Assembly (NCBI GenBank): GCA_016748015.1
Contig: JAAOMT010000603.1
Coordinates: 153,008 to 217,007 of the forward strand
DNA length: 64,000 nt
From: Geosiphon pyriformis uo1
Lineage: Eukaryota > Fungi > Glomeromycota
Reading direction: 5' to 3'
Shown: one piece after another, positions 12,356 to 25,694 of the stretch
Numbering within the stretch: position 1 is the first letter of the stretch
How the letters are laid out: each line of letters starts with the position of its first letter
The notes under the pieces: model-generated
Databases searched by the model: none
Seen by the model: the letters and a program-made list of their open reading frames with translations, nothing else
What the model was told of the DNA's origin: nothing
Translations under genes and position numbers: made by a program

Positions 12356-13103
12356 TGTTACAGGTTAGAGTAACAAGCTAACGGATAGCAAAGGAGAACA
12401 AGATTGTAGGGTGATAAAAATAATCAAAGGGAATTCAACTTTAAAGAGTGAATTGAATGAGTATAGATTCAATGTGTAAGATTAGTCTCATAAAATATTT
12501 CAGTTGCTATGCTTTTCAAAGTAACCGGGGAATCTGAAGGTAGAAGGATAGTCCATACTGTCAACAAATAATCACACTTGGTATAATTCTATGCTTCACG
12601 TCAGTGCTTTTAGAATTCAATATCAAGTATCAGATGTGCTCTTCAGTCACATTTTATTCAATAATCTCCAAATGTTGCAATTACATGTTTTAGGAAAAGA
12701 CAAATAAACACCAACAAGTAATTTTTTATCCCAAAGATGTTCGAATACTTGAAGGTAGGGAAAGGAAAATTAGCAATAAGAGAATAATTGAGATGAAAGT
12801 TATTATTTTATTTATTTAATTCCTTGATTTTTAACATAATTTTCTACAGCTAAGAGATTTATTGCTTATATAGTTGTCAAAAGTGGTCAATGACCAAGTC
12901 AATGATTAGGTCAATGATCAGATTAATGATCAGATCAACAATTAGGTCATTGATCAGATCAATAATCAGGTTAATGATCAGGTCAACAGTCAGGTTATTG
13001 ATCAGGTCAATGATCACTATCTAAAAATAGGGTGGCTAATTATATGACATCAGTGGCTAATACATGTGATAACTAATAAAACCTATGAGTTTCAACCATA
13101 ACA
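12356..13103 (-). repeat. E1 5' LTR (748 bp) with U3 12-bp tandem array (12886-13016) and TATA (TATATAAG ~12866-12873)
   Basis: Direct repeat of 5360-6035; 11 copies of GGTCAATGATCA. Confidence 0.96.
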
Positions 13104-14564
13104 ATATTTTTGTTCATAAGTATGGATTCAGTAGGCTCTTTTGCTGGTAGATTGGTATCTATTTTAGCTAAGTTAAGAACCCAGTCTAATATTAAAACCA
13201 AATGGTTGGTGGATGCTCACTCACATGATATTTCATACAAGAAACCCAAAAAATTTACTGTCATTAGCAATATAGTTGAGACATCTGCTGGCTTTCTATT
13301 TTTTGTAAATATGATTATTGACAGCAACAAGTCTTTAAGATTCTGAAACAGCAAAGTAAACAGTAAGACAAGCAGTATTAGCAGTATATTAGACCTGGAA
13401 AACATGAAAGATACAATTGTAGAAAAAACCAGCTATGCAGATTCAAATGTCTCAGAAGTTAATAATACTATAGACAATACTACACCCAAGAAAACTCATA
13501 TCAAGACATTATGTTTTAGGCAACAAACCAAAAAATATTTCTTTCAATAATTTAAATAAAGACAATAATAATATTTTAACACTTTTAGTTCTTAAGTTTT
13601 CTGGTGCTAAGTATTTGTTGACTGTCAAGTTACATGTTTTAGATAGACATGATTTTAAGCTAGTTAAATCTTTTGTATTGGATATTGAGTTATATGCTGT
13701 GCCAGACAAGACTAATAGTAATAAATTGATTGCAGTTAAAAAAATTTTCTATTAGATTGATGGTTTTGGAGGAGCCTCTACTTTCTCAAAATTTCCAGAA
13801 ATCATTAAATTATCTTTTATATCAGAATTTAGTTTAAATAAGACAGAAGATTTGGCTGTTAATAAGAAAATTTTGGTTAATAATGATATAAAAAAAGTAA
13901 ACAACTGCTTGAATTGAGAAGTGATTATCAAAAAAATCTCAGTTGATCTTTTTAAATTGGCTGTAAAATCAGTTTTTTCCAAATTTGGCAAAATTATTTT
14001 AATTAAAATGCAACTAATTGGTCTTTGGCAAAAGGTTTTGATCAAATTTAAGTTAGCAGATATTGCCAGTTTGATTGCTTCCAAATAGTCAGTTCTTATA
14101 AAAAAGAATTCAGTGTGTATGGCAAAAGCTGTTAAAAATAAACAAACATGAGTATTTAAGAATCAACATTAAATTTTGTTGTATACTTTGTTAGTTGAAA
14201 CTACTGCTCACAATTTTTCTAATCTGTTGGCATTCTATGATGGAAAAACCTGTGTCATTGGCCATAATCTGGTTATATATGTTTATAATAGAAGTGTAGT
14301 TATTTGTTTTGATAATAAAAAATTGAAAAATAGTGCTGTTGGTTCTTTGCCAGTTTTTAAAGGTGTAAGTTTACATTGGGCTGGTTTTTTTCTGGCCCAT
14401 TGTGCCAAATGTTAACAATTTGATTATGTTTCTAATAAGTGTTTAACTGATAGGAACTTGAGTGGCCATGAAAAAAAAACTTTCAGTTCTTAGGATTATG
14501 TTTACTTGGCAAACATATATAAAAAAAAGCAGGCTTCAGTGATCCATCCAGTTTTTTTTAGTAA

Positions 14565-15571
14565 TGTTACCAGTAGAATTTTAGCTATTAATTAGCATGA
14601 AATTATTCTTATAATTCCTATTATTAATTAATATGTTAATATCAATTCAAATTATCACTTATTATTTAATCAATTTATCACATATCATGATTCAATTAAT
14701 AATCCAATTAGTACAACAGAAAGTAAGATGATCAAATTACACAATACTCTGAACTTTGTAACATTCTAAAATTCGCCGAAATTTACAGAAATTTGCTGAA
14801 ATTTATATGAAATTCGCCGAAATTTATAGAAATTTGCCAAAATTATGAATAGTTCATCCAAATTAATCAATAGTTCAGTGAAATAACTTGTAGTTTATCA
14901 AAATGTATCTTTAATTTGCTGAAATTTGAGCAAAGAGGAAAAGTGCAAGTTCATAGATTAGTACTACAACAAGTTGTATAAAAAAAAGCTTTTTTCTTCA
15001 AGAAAATATATCTTGCTTTAGATTTATTACTTAGAATCATTCCTACACACACAAAAAGAAATAAATATCAAATAATTCGAAAAAAAAACCAAATTCTTTA
15101 ATTATTGTACTTGAAACATCCCCAAAACCCAACTAACATTTTGAAATTAATTAGCTACCAATTTCAGTAAACTGTTAGTGACTTCAGGCCTGGATAAAAA
15201 ACGTTTCTCTTGACAAAATTCTATTTCTTTTACATTTTTTTTATTTTCTTGTATTTTCTTATTACAATCATTAGGATAGCCTACAGACAAAATTCCTGTA
15301 GAAGAGTTGACTTTTACAGCAAAGTAACTACACATTTTAGTGAGCTTCTAGATAAGCAATTCTTGGAAAAGAGTTGACATTTACTACAACATAACTACAT
15401 AAAGTAACTGGCACAAAATTAGCCATTCTACTTATAAGCCCAGCAGTTCAAATTATAGGAGATAATTTGAAGATAAATTCAGTTACTGAAAGTCCAACTA
15501 CTTCTAGAAAACGTGAATTTACAATAAACAAACATTAACAACATTTAAGAAAAAAGACCAAAAACCTCCAG
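14565..15571 (+). repeat. E3 5' LTR (terminal 5 bp displaced to 25699-25703 by E2)
   Basis: Direct repeat of 33636-34643; ~21-bp GAAATTCGCCGAAATTTATAT array at 14768-14925; TATAAAA ~14976. Confidence 0.95.
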
Positions 15572-16459
15572 TGTTACAGGTGATTATTTCTGCTGTTGAA
15601 TTAAATAACAATCTGTAACTTGGCGCTCAAAAGCTACTTCCATTGAGGAGGTTCTGCAAGTGTTGTATCTGAAGGTTTTGATGAAGTCCTTTGTATAATA
15701 GACAGAGATTCAATAGTGTTGATAGTAGATGTATTTTTTCAAGAGTTTCCCAATTTCTTTCTTAGCGTGGTGGCTGGATTTAGTCTGGTAGTCATGCCCT
15801 TCTGGTAAGCTATCCGATAATATATAAAATTCTACCCTTATTTCTGGGTCTTTTACCAGGCTATCCTTGACATCAATAACTCAGTGCTTAATCTTTTAAT
15901 CAATTAGTATACAACAACAAAATCAAAAAAAAAATAAAATAAAATAAAGAAAATAAAAATAAAGAAAATAGAAAAAATAAGCCAAGGCAATTTGGTACAT
16001 TAGTATTTCGTCAATAGCCATGATCAAGAGCTATTGTTCCAGTGTGGTTAAGTATCAATTACTATCAACATGAAGTGTTGATAGTAGAGAGTGGGTTGAG
16101 ATATGGAATAATTATTTATTTTAATGATTGGAACTGGAATGTTGCTTAGATTAAATCTAAACTAGGAGGTCTGTCTTTTTAGCTTCTAATCCTACTGCTA
16201 TATATACATAATTGAGATTCCTCAATTTCTCAATTCTTTGTGACAGGAATTCTGGGATTCCTGGAATCTTGCGATTCCTGATGAGAAGAATCCTGGAATT
16301 CTGGAATCTTGCAATTTCTCGTCAGGGAATTCTGAAATTTCTGGAATCCTGCAATTCCTCTAAGAGGAATTCTGGAATTCCACCTTTACTACATCTACCT
16401 CTGATTGGCTAATATCTACTGACTAATAATACTATATTTCCTATATTCTACGAGTAACA
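15572..16459 (-). repeat. E2 3' LTR (888 bp) with GGAATTC-rich ~40-bp tandem array (16246-16382)
   Basis: Direct repeat of 24847-25694; CCAAT (~16404) and TATATATA (~16199-16206) on the minus strand. Confidence 0.96.
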
Positions 16460-16474
16460 TTATTCCCTCCTTTT
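16460..16474 (-). promoter_or_regulatory. E2 polypurine tract
   Basis: AAAAGGAGGGAATAA directly before the 3' LTR. Confidence 0.85.
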
Positions 16475-17159
16475 AATATTGAGTTCCATTGAAATCCAAC
16501 TCATTTAATTCTCCCTCTTGAAGTATTTTCTGAATTTCCTTTTCAAGAATTACTTGTGTTATTTGAGTTTGTAATTCCTCAAATTGAGCATTGGTGATTT
16601 TTCCCAATTAATTACTGGTAACCGTATCCATTGCTTTATTGAGTAGGATTTTTGGTCTATCTTGAAATGCTGTATGTATTCAGTATATAGCTCGGGCCTG
16701 TGTAGATAAATTGTTCTTTCTCACAAAATGTTTTAATTGTTGTAGTATTCTTTTGTCAAATAATTGCTTTGTTTTATCCGTATATAAATTCTGAATATTT
16801 ATGTGTTGTCCCAAGTAAAAATAACAATAGTTTTGTGGAAATTGTTGTATCCACCAATTCCAAGTTTTTCTGGTAAGTTCTTGGTGTAATCTGACTATTT
16901 GTTGTTTTTTTATGGCCAATTTTATCTTAGTTATGATCTTGTCGACCACGTTTCTAAGTCTTTTCTGTGCTTTGTTTTGTGGTATTTTTGCCGTATTTTT
17001 GTAACAAATGATTTGTTGATTGATGGTAATTTCCATCTCCTGGTGTTGGATTAATTGAAAAATTTGTTGGGCTAGTGAATGGATATTGTCCATAATCTCC
17101 ATTTTTTTGCTCTTTTCTATCGCGTCAACTATGTTCTTATATATTCTTTTGTCAATCAA
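16473..17159 (-). pseudogene. E2 ORF3, accessory protein of unknown function (first ATG ~17102; two internal stops)
   Basis: The 159-aa ORF continues in frame past a TGA (likely from CGA) to the TAA at the PPT; YFYLGQ...ARAIY.IH..F...LGKITNAQFEEL pattern. Confidence 0.75.
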
Positions 17160-18538
17160 TTAGACGTGTTGTTGTCAATGATAATGATTGGTTCCAGAAT
17201 TCGTGAAATCTCATCTAGTTGGACTAGTATTCTCTGTACTCCTAATTGTGGGATATTACTGGTGGATGATAATGCTATATGATGGTATGGTTTCAGTCGA
17301 TTTTCATGTGCTGCTTTGGTCAAGATTTTGTCATTCAATCTTAATTTATAAGCTTTATTTCCTAGAATTTCTTCTATGTAAAATGGTCCGTCCCATTTGG
17401 GGTCAAATTTTCCACTCCATTGTTTTTCCGCTTTGGTACAATGTAGTAGTACTTTGTCTTCAATTCTGAATTCAACTGGTTTATCTGGTAGTTGGTTATT
17501 ATGTCTTTTTTTTTGTTTCTCTTGTGACTTTTGTATGTTATTGGCTGCTTTTCATTATTTGTTTTCTAATGTTTTCATTAAATCATATGTTTTTCTCAAC
17601 AATGTATTTTTGAAATTCTCTTCTGTTATTGGTTTGGTTGGGTATGTGCTGACTTCTATTTCCACTGGTAGTGTTGCTGTTCTACTATATACTAATTCAA
17701 ATGGTGTTGCTTGTGTAGTATCTTGCTTCATTGTCCGATAAGCAAATAGTACTGATGGTATCAACAAATCTCAATCATTCTGGTTTTCTTGGCTGAATTT
17801 AGCTATTGCTTCACACAATGTTTTGTTGAATCTTTTGACTAATCCATTGGTTTGTGGATGGTATGGTAATAATAGTGGTCTCTTAATTTCGAATCTTTGG
17901 CTCAATTCTGTTAATGTTTTATTCACAAAATGAGTTTCTTGGTCTGATAATAATTCTTTTGGACATTCATGTCGACAGATCAAATCCTAATGAACAAATT
18001 CAGCAATGGATTCTGCATTCACTCTTTGAATTGCTTTCACCTCTGGCCATTTAGTGAGATAATCCATGGCTACTACTATGTACCTGTTTCCTCCGCTGGT
18101 AATTGTTAATGGTTTGACTAGATTAATTCCAACACAGTCAAATGGTTGTTCTACTTTGATTGGTCTTAATGGTTCACTGGGTTTTGTACTTCCTCTTCGC
18201 TGACAAGCATCACAATTTTGAACATATTGGATGATGTCTGGATACATTGATGGCCAATAATATCTTTTTCTGGTTCTTTCCATGGTTGCTTCTTTGTAAA
18301 AATGTCCTGCTGTTGGATTTGAGTGCATGTTGAATAATATTGTCTCTTTTTCTGGTTCTGTAACTACTCTGGTTGGTTGATTTGGATTTTTTCTGTTTTT
18401 CTGATAAAGTATATTTTGGTGAGTGATAAAATATTTTGATTGTTGTTTGATACTCTTTTGTTCTGTTTGAGATAAATTCTCCTTAAACTGTTGAGTGTTT
18501 ATATAATGTTGCAGTTGTTGATATTTTTGTATGTTCAT
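17156..18538 (-). pseudogene. int: E2 integrase, separate ORF with own ATG (MNIQKYQQLQHY...)
   Basis: MHSNPTAGHF..CDAC HHCC; DYLTKWPE; SDQ..HF; QTNGLV.RFN; WDGPFY; ends LEPIIII. Confidence 0.95.
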
Positions 18539-18600
18539 CTTTTGTTACATTTTTCATTGGTATTGTTCTGGTTTTGTTATATTTTTGTGTTAAAATGTTC

Positions 18601-21600
18601 TTAGATTTGTCTCATTTGTGACAAACCGTCAGCATTTCTGTTGTCTTTTCCTTTTTTGTAATGTATAATATAATTGTATGATGTAAGTGCCATTTTTCAT
18701 CTTGACTGTTTTCCATCTCCAAATTTTTGTTTTTGGAGTGATGTTAATCCCTTGTGATCTGTGTATACTTCAAACTTCTGGCTCAAGTATTTTTTTTATT
18801 TTATGACTGCCCAGTATATTGCTAAGTGTTCTTGTTCTGATGTTCCATAGTTCTTTTTGGCTGGTATTAAATCTCTGCTGGCATATGCTACTGGATGTTC
18901 TCTGCTATCTAGTCCTCTCTGAGATAATACTGCTTCCAATGCTTGGCCAGATGTATTGGTGGTGATAATGAATGGTTTGCTGTAATCTGGATAAATCAGT
19001 ACTGGAGCTTGAATGAGCTTTTTTTTCAAAATGTCAAAAGCTTCTTGTTGACTTTCTGTCCATTCATATTTGGTATTCTTGGTTTGCAGTTGGTTGAGTG
19101 GCTGTGCTATCTTGGAAAAGTTCTTGATAAAACATCAATAATAGCTGGCAAATCCCAAGAATGATTTCAGTTCTGTCATATTGGTTGGCACTAGAAAGTT
19201 CTTTACTATCTCTATTTTCTCTGGATCTGTTTTGATGCTGTCTTTGCTGACTATGTGTCCCAAGAATTTTAGCTCTGTCTTGCCAAAGAAGCACTTTGTT
19301 GCATTTAACTTTAGCCCTGCTTTTCTTAGTTTTTCAAACACTTGTTGAAGATAATAAAGATGATCATCAAATGTTTTTGAGAATACGTTGGTGTTGTCCA
19401 AGTATACAACTACTAATTTCCACAATAAGCCAGTATAGATGATTTCCATTAGCTATTGGAAAGTGGCTGGTGCATTGGTTAAACCAAATGGCATTACTTC
19501 AAATTCAAAATTCTCTTCTCTCGTGGTAAATGCTATCTTCTCTTTGTCGGCTGGATCCATGGCTACTTGCCAGTAACCACTATCTAAGTCTAACGTTGAG
19601 AACTATTTGTTTCCACCAAAAGCATTGAATAATTTCTGTATTCGTGGAGTTGGATAGCTGTCTCCACAAATTACACTATTGAGTTTTCTGTAGTCCACAC
19701 AAAATCAGATCTTTCCATTCTTTTTACAGACGAGTACCACTGGTGATGACCATAGGCTCATTGATGGCTGAATTAGCCCATTGTCAAGCATTCGGTTTAT
19801 CTCTTGACGAATAATCTTGTGGCTAGCTGGTGGCACTCTGTATGCTCTTTGTTTAATTGGCATTGCATTTCCAGTCTTGATCTGATGCTGGATAATGTCA
19901 GTTTGGCCAAACTCATTTTTGCTGGCAAAGATGTCATTGAACTGGTTGAGCAATATCTTGAGTTGCATACGTTGGAGTGGATCTAAGTTTCCCATGTTCA
20001 TTTGTTCCAATTGTTCTGATTGAAGCAAATAACATTTACTTCATCCATATATTGTTTGTGATGTGATATTGACATATCCACAAAGTTGTAGAAAGTCTGG
20101 AATGGAGTTTGGTGGTTGATCCTCTATTTTAGTGTTTAAGTATCCAATAATGGTTCCTTCTGGTACATTGATGACATTGCCAGTGTTGTTGTAGATAGAA
20201 ATTTTTATACAGCTATAGCTTTTGGCTGGTATGTGGAGATTGATTAGCCCAATCTCTCTGGATTTACAAAGGTTTGTTACAGCTTCAAAAATCTGTTCTT
20301 GCTCTTTTTTCTTCCTTTCTATTGCTAGCATGTACTGGCTATATGGTGGAATGAAAATAGCTTGACTGGTTGAGATAATTTCTCCTTGGCCAACAATTTC
20401 TTTCTCTGCCATATTAACTAGTACATCTATTCTATCCATTGATCTAAATCCCTGTATTCCTCTCACTGTTATTCCTAATTTCTCTTTCTTTCCTACTGAT
20501 ACTAACTGAGCTACTTTAACCAGAGGCAGGAATATTGTCTGTGCTATCTTTTCATTGGGCTCTATTATATAGGCCTTTTCTGAGTCATTTTGTAGCATAG
20601 CAATAATATTTCCTACATATTCTGCGTCAATTATTCCTCCTCTTATATTAATTTTTCTTTTTGCTAAACTACTCCTAGATGCTAATTGAACCATTGTTGT
20701 TGCCGGAATTTCTAGTGCTACTTTTAGATCAATGCAGATGTGTGAATGTGGTTCTAATTTGATGGTCTCTTTTCCTGGATATCTTAGATCAAACTCTGCA
20801 TCAGTATTATGCACACATTCTGGCATAATACCTTCCCCATTGTCACTATACCATTTCAATTCTTGTTCCTTGGAGAGATCTGGTAGTGTAATATATTGTT
20901 CATAGTTTAACTCAGAGTTTGAATCTGAGTTTGAATCATCTTTGTTGTCATTGCCATTTTGAACGGAACTGGAACTAGTGTTTTTGTCATTGTTGTCGGA
21001 GTCTGGATTGCATTTATTAGTGATTCTGATTCCGATACACAGCTGCTGATTGGTTTTTCTTCTTTAAGGATTGTGTAGATCATGCATGGTGATGGATTGT
21101 AAATGAGATCACAATTATCACAATATTCAAAGTCACTGGAAATTAAACAATAATAATACAGTCTTGATTTAACTGTGCTAGCCATTGTTCTTGCTCTTCT
21201 CTAGTGGGTGCCAAGTTTTGGTAGTGTTCATGGAACTCTTCTGGTTTCAGAAAATTTATGACTGGCTCTGCATCTCAGTCAAGCTTAATGGGTTCTGGTG
21301 GGTTGTTTTTAATTGTTCTGATTTCTTCTGGCAATGCATCTTCAATTTTGGCAATTGCCATCTGCCATAGTTTATTGTCATTGTATGGACAACTGTCCAA
21401 TCACTGTACAGCTCTTCTCCAAGTGGCTTCTATGGGTGTTTCTTTCTCGACCCAGTTACTGATGAGGATTGTATATTGGCAGGACATGTCACATGTTCCT
21501 CTTCTCCCTGGAATGTTGTTTCACATTCCTTCATTAAGGAGAGTTTCTCTATAGGCTATATATGGTGTATTATCCCATTTTCCCACTCGCTTTAGTCTTC

Positions 21601-24600
21601 CAAAATGTTTGACATGGCATGCATGGCAATAAAACTTGGTTGCCATCTGATATTCTTCATCATTGCCACAGCATGCACCCATTGATGACAATTTCTTGCC
21701 ACAATCAACGCATATTAGTTTGGGTCGGCAATAAGTTGATAATTGTTGTTGACTGTAGGTGTATGGGATATAAGTGTTGTTGGCTTGAGTGTTTTCTTTC
21801 TCTCTCTCTTTCTCTTTTCCCTTTTCTTTTTTTCACTCCCAACTCGATGGTTCTTCCTGTTTATTGTCAGTCCAGGTTAAATTGTCTGTTTTCCAGATCA
21901 GTTCCTCTTTTTGCTTTCCCTTAGAGTTGTCGTTTCACGAGAGTATTGGTGGTAGTTCATTGTGGTTGGCATCGGCCCAGAAGACTTGGTAAGCTTCTCA
22001 GGTAGGTTTCTCTTTCTCCTCCTCCAGTTCGATCAATAGTTTCTCTCTTGGAGGAGTCTTGAAATGGCTACACGTGGCCGGTACACATATGTGTTAGCCC
22101 TAATATGTTAGCTGGAGTTCCTGAGTGTTCCAGTCTAGTGTCGCATTGACTTTGGATAGCCAGTCATTACCAACAAGAGCTTGGTATTGAGTGGCTTCCA
22201 TTACTAGAACTTTAATGGGAGTCACAATGCCATTGACTTCGAAAGAGAAGTCGTCAATTTTGCTGATTGGAGTTTTGGTCGCTCTATCAGCTATGATGAT
22301 TCTGGCACTGACAGCTCGATCAACTCGGCGACCTAATTGATCCATGAGTTGTCATGTGATGATGCTGCCTGCTAAACCACTGTCAAGGATCAATTTGATG
22401 GATTGTCCCTCGACTTTGGCATCAGTGTACATTGCAGTGACTGGTTTGGCTTCAAAAGTGGCTCCACTAAATAATGGCATTGTAGTTGTTTCCTCGAATT
22501 TGAATGGGAATATAGTAGCCAAAAACTTGTCTTCAGTGATGGTAGCAGGTAGAATATTACTGGTGAGTAGTTGTTTTTGGGCAAATGTTAGTTTATTGGT
22601 TAAGGCATCTTCTGAGGTGACCAAGAAACTTAAATAGTTCTGGGGTTGACCGGCACCTGAATTCCACTGGCGTAATCCAGATGGTTGCTGTAAAGAACTG
22701 GGGATCAGTTGATAGACTACTATTGCCAATTTCCAGCTCTGTTGAGTCATTCTTGGTCTTTGGGTTCTGTTGGGTGGTAAGCTTTGAAGTAGTGTTTGAA
22801 TTTGTTGGGGCTGATAGATTATTTGTGGCTGCGGTTATTGATAAATTACTTGTGGCTGCAGTTGATAGATTGGAGCTTGATACACTGGAGATTGATAAAC
22901 TGATGACTGTATCACTAGTAGGTAAATGGGTTGGTTTTAATTTGGGTACTGATTCGGAGTTTGAAACTGGCAATCGGGGTTTTGATATTGATTTCCCAAT
23001 TATTGGTTATTTAAATACTGGCGACAATCAATTTGGATATGTTCTTGTTTACCACAATAGTGGCAAATACATGTTTCCTGTTGCCATTGTTAATTGGTCA
23101 ATGAAGATAGACATGATTGATTTTGGCCACAATTAGAGTTTCCTTGATTATTGCGTCATTGTGGAGGCTGATAAATGGCATGATTGTCAGCTAAGTATCC
23201 TTCCAATCTCTTATTAATTGATTCACTAAACTTCTCCAATTTGGAATCCAATTCAGATGATCCGTTCATTACTAGATTAACAGCTTGGGCATGGTTAGCC
23301 TCTGACTTAGCAGATTCAAAATCTCTGGCACATGTGACTGCATCTTGAAGGGTGCCTGGATGCAATGGATGTACATATTGCAAGATGCTGCTGTGCAGGC
23401 CACAGATAAACTGATTGAGTATCTGTGGGGCTGTAAAATAGTTGGCGTCAATTGCTTGAATTTGGCGCAGGTTTCAATAGAAGCATCCCAGGTAAGTGGT
23501 GACCACTTCAGTTTCTTCTTGTTTCATGGTGGTGAATGTATTGACTAGGTGATTAATGCTGTTATTGTTGCTGAAGTATCTTAGGAATTTTGCTTTGAAG
23601 GCATTGAAATCTTGCAGTTTATTAACCAAGCTCTGATATCATGAATCAGCAGTATCCTTGAGAAAGTAAGAAATGGCTTGCATGGTTCAGGCGTCATTTC
23701 ATCTGTTGGCTGTGATGGTTTTTTTGACATCATTCAGCCATACTTGAGTATCATCCTCTTCGCCAGTAAAGTTGTCAAGTTTTGCAATTAGTGTGTAGGC
23801 CATTGGATCTAAGTTAGGTGGTTGTGGTGGCTGTTGAAGCAGTTGTTATTGTACTGGTTGTTGGGGTGGTAGTTGAAGTGGCTGTTGTATGGGTTTGGCT
23901 ATGGAATTAATTGGCAGTTGATTGATAATAATTACCAGAGGTAAGTTTTGCTGATTAATTAGTTCGGAGTTTGAATTGTTCTGCCTTTGATGATTCAGAG
24001 TTTTGATTTCCGAATTTTCTAGATTTAGATTTTGCTGAGTTTGAAAATTCGGGGTTTCAACTTCTGGGTTTTCAGTGATTGGGTGCTGGTAAGTAAATTC
24101 CTAATCCTCTGATTCTTCTTCCTCTTTTTCTGATTCTGCTGCTTCCCACGGATCAGAGATTCTGAAATCTGGTGGAGGTGGTGGTGATCGAAGTTCTGAT
24201 GGGGTTGATGATTGTGAATTAAATCTCTCAAAGTATTTGCCGTATGGTCTTAATAATTCTGTTTTTCTTTGTCTACTTTGGAATGGGAATCATCCAAATG
24301 CTGATGTTGCAGTTGATAGGAATGTGTCCATTGATAATATGTTAATGGTGCTTTCAGGTGTATAGTGGTAAGATGGGTTGCTTGGGAATTCAATTCTGTT
24401 TTTCTTCCAAATAGGTGGCTGTATTTTTCTGGGTGTTACTGCTGGTGTTTGTAATTTTCCCTTGCTTTTACTAGTGTATGTAATTGGATATTTTTGTTAA
24501 GTATGGTGTTCAATTTCTTTGTTGATCTCAGTGATGATGGATGCAAAATTATGATTTGTTGGCAAGTTGGTGTTTTAAATTAACTCCCTATAGAAAGTTT

Positions 24601-24784
24601 CTCTTGCTGATTTAGTATTCACTGGTGTTCCTAATAAAGAGGAAATCTTTTCATTGACATAGAAATTAAAGGCTGATTTGGCAGATATATGATTGTGGTT
24701 TAATCCCAAGTATTGACAATAATGTTGAAATAAAGATTTTGTGAATCCTAAATGGTTTGCTCCTATATTTTCTAATTCTGCCAC
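18601..24784 (-). pseudogene. gag-pol: E2 gag-pol polyprotein: N-terminal extension (GTG 24784), capsid (ATG 23803), CCHC, Q/P/Y-rich linker, PR, Cys-rich module, dUTPase, RT, RNase H; stop TAA 18601-18603
   Basis: LDNFTGEED capsid; CHYCGKQEHIQIDC; LILDSG; FCVDYRKLN; YLDNT; NADGLSQMRQI*. Gag and PR are in the same frame. Confidence 0.93.
20430..20859 (-). pseudogene. dut: dUTPase domain within E2 pol
   Basis: All five trimeric dUTPase motifs are recognisable: DAEFDL, RSSLA, GGIIDAEYVGNI, KIAQ, RGIQGFRS. Confidence 0.92.
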
Positions 24785-24827
24785 TTTTGGATGGTGTTTG
24801 TTGGTGCTGGTTCTCTGTAAGATTATA

Positions 24828-24844
24828 CCTCACAGGGAGCACCA
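24828..24844 (-). promoter_or_regulatory. E2 primer-binding site TGGTGCTCCCTGTGAGG
   Basis: 2 nt downstream of the 5' LTR; complementary to a tRNA ending ...GAGCACCA (Ile-UAU or elongator-Met-like acceptor stem; identity unconfirmed). Confidence 0.88.
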
Positions 24845-24846
24845 AA

Positions 24847-25694
24847 TGTTACAGGTGATTATTTCTGCTGTTGAATTAAATAACAACCCGTAACTTGGTG
24901 CTCAAAAGCTACTTCCGTTAAGGAGGTTTTGCAAGTGTTGTATCTGAAGGTTTTGATGGAGTCCTTTGTATAATAGACAGAGATTCAATAGTGTCGATAG
25001 TAAATGTATTTTTTCAAGAGTTTCTCAATTTTTTTCTTAGCATAGTGGCTGAATTTAGTCTGGCAGTCATGCCTTTCTGGTAAGCTATCCAATAATATAT
25101 AAAATTCTACTCTTATTTCTGGGTCTTTTACCAGGCTATCCTTGATGTCAATAACTCAGTGCTTAATCTTTTAATCAATTAGTATACAACAACAAAATCA
25201 AAAAAGAAAGAAAATAAAATAAAGAAAATAAAAATAAAGAAAATAGAAAAAATAAGCCAAGGCAATTTGGTATGTTAGTATCTCGTCAATAGCCATGATC
25301 AAGAGCTATTGTTTCAGCATGGTTAAGTATCAATTACTATCAACATGAAGTGTTGATAGTAGAGAGTAGATTGAGATATGGAATAATTATTTATTTTGAT
25401 GATTGGAACTGGAATGTTGCTTAGATTAAATCTAAACTGAGAGGTCTGTCTTTTCAGCTTCTAATCCTACTGCTATATATACATAATTGAGATTCCTCAA
25501 TTTCTCAATTCTTTGTGACAGGAATTCTGGAATTCCTGGAATCCTGCAATTCCTGATGAGAGGAATCCTGGAATTCTGGAATCTTGCAATTCCTTGTCAG
25601 GGAATTCTGGAATTCCACCTTTATTACATCTACCTCTGATTGGCTAATATCTACTGACTAATAATACTATATTTTCTATATTCTACAAGTAACA
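24847..25694 (-). repeat. E2 5' LTR (848 bp)
   Basis: Direct repeat of 15572-16459 with one fewer array unit. Confidence 0.96.

Larger units (their letters stand above)
5360..13103 (-). mobile_element. Ty3/Gypsy LTR retrotransposon E1, full-length, decayed
   Basis: Two direct LTRs (TGTTA..TAACA), TSD ATAT (5356-5359/13104-13107), PBS, PPT, domain order gag-PR-RT-RH-IN. Confidence 0.97.
15572..25694 (-). mobile_element. Ty3/Gypsy LTR retrotransposon E2 (dUTPase-bearing), full-length, nested in the E3 LTR terminus
   Basis: LTRs 15572-16459 and 24847-25694; TSD CCAG/CTGG (both derivable from CCGG); PBS; PPT AAAAGGAGGGAATAA. Confidence 0.97.

Noticed and set aside
12886-13016. CRISPR-like appearance of short repeats in the LTRs
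   Set aside because: Head-to-tail tandem units without unique spacers, inside eukaryotic LTRs, with no cas genes.
16276-16345. CTGATGAG hammerhead-like core in the E2 LTRs
   Set aside because: Lies within the tandem array, antisense to the element. I could not build the three stems with a properly placed GAAA/UH, and the GAAA is absent in the other LTR.
16473-17159. ORF3 as an env gene
   Set aside because: No signal peptide, transmembrane helix, furin site or Cys pattern; too short.
22593-23136. Overlapping ORFs in alternative frames and strand over the E2 gag linker (and 27062-27430 in E3)
   Set aside because: Expected by-product of low-complexity CAA/CCA/TAT repeats that lack stops in other frames.
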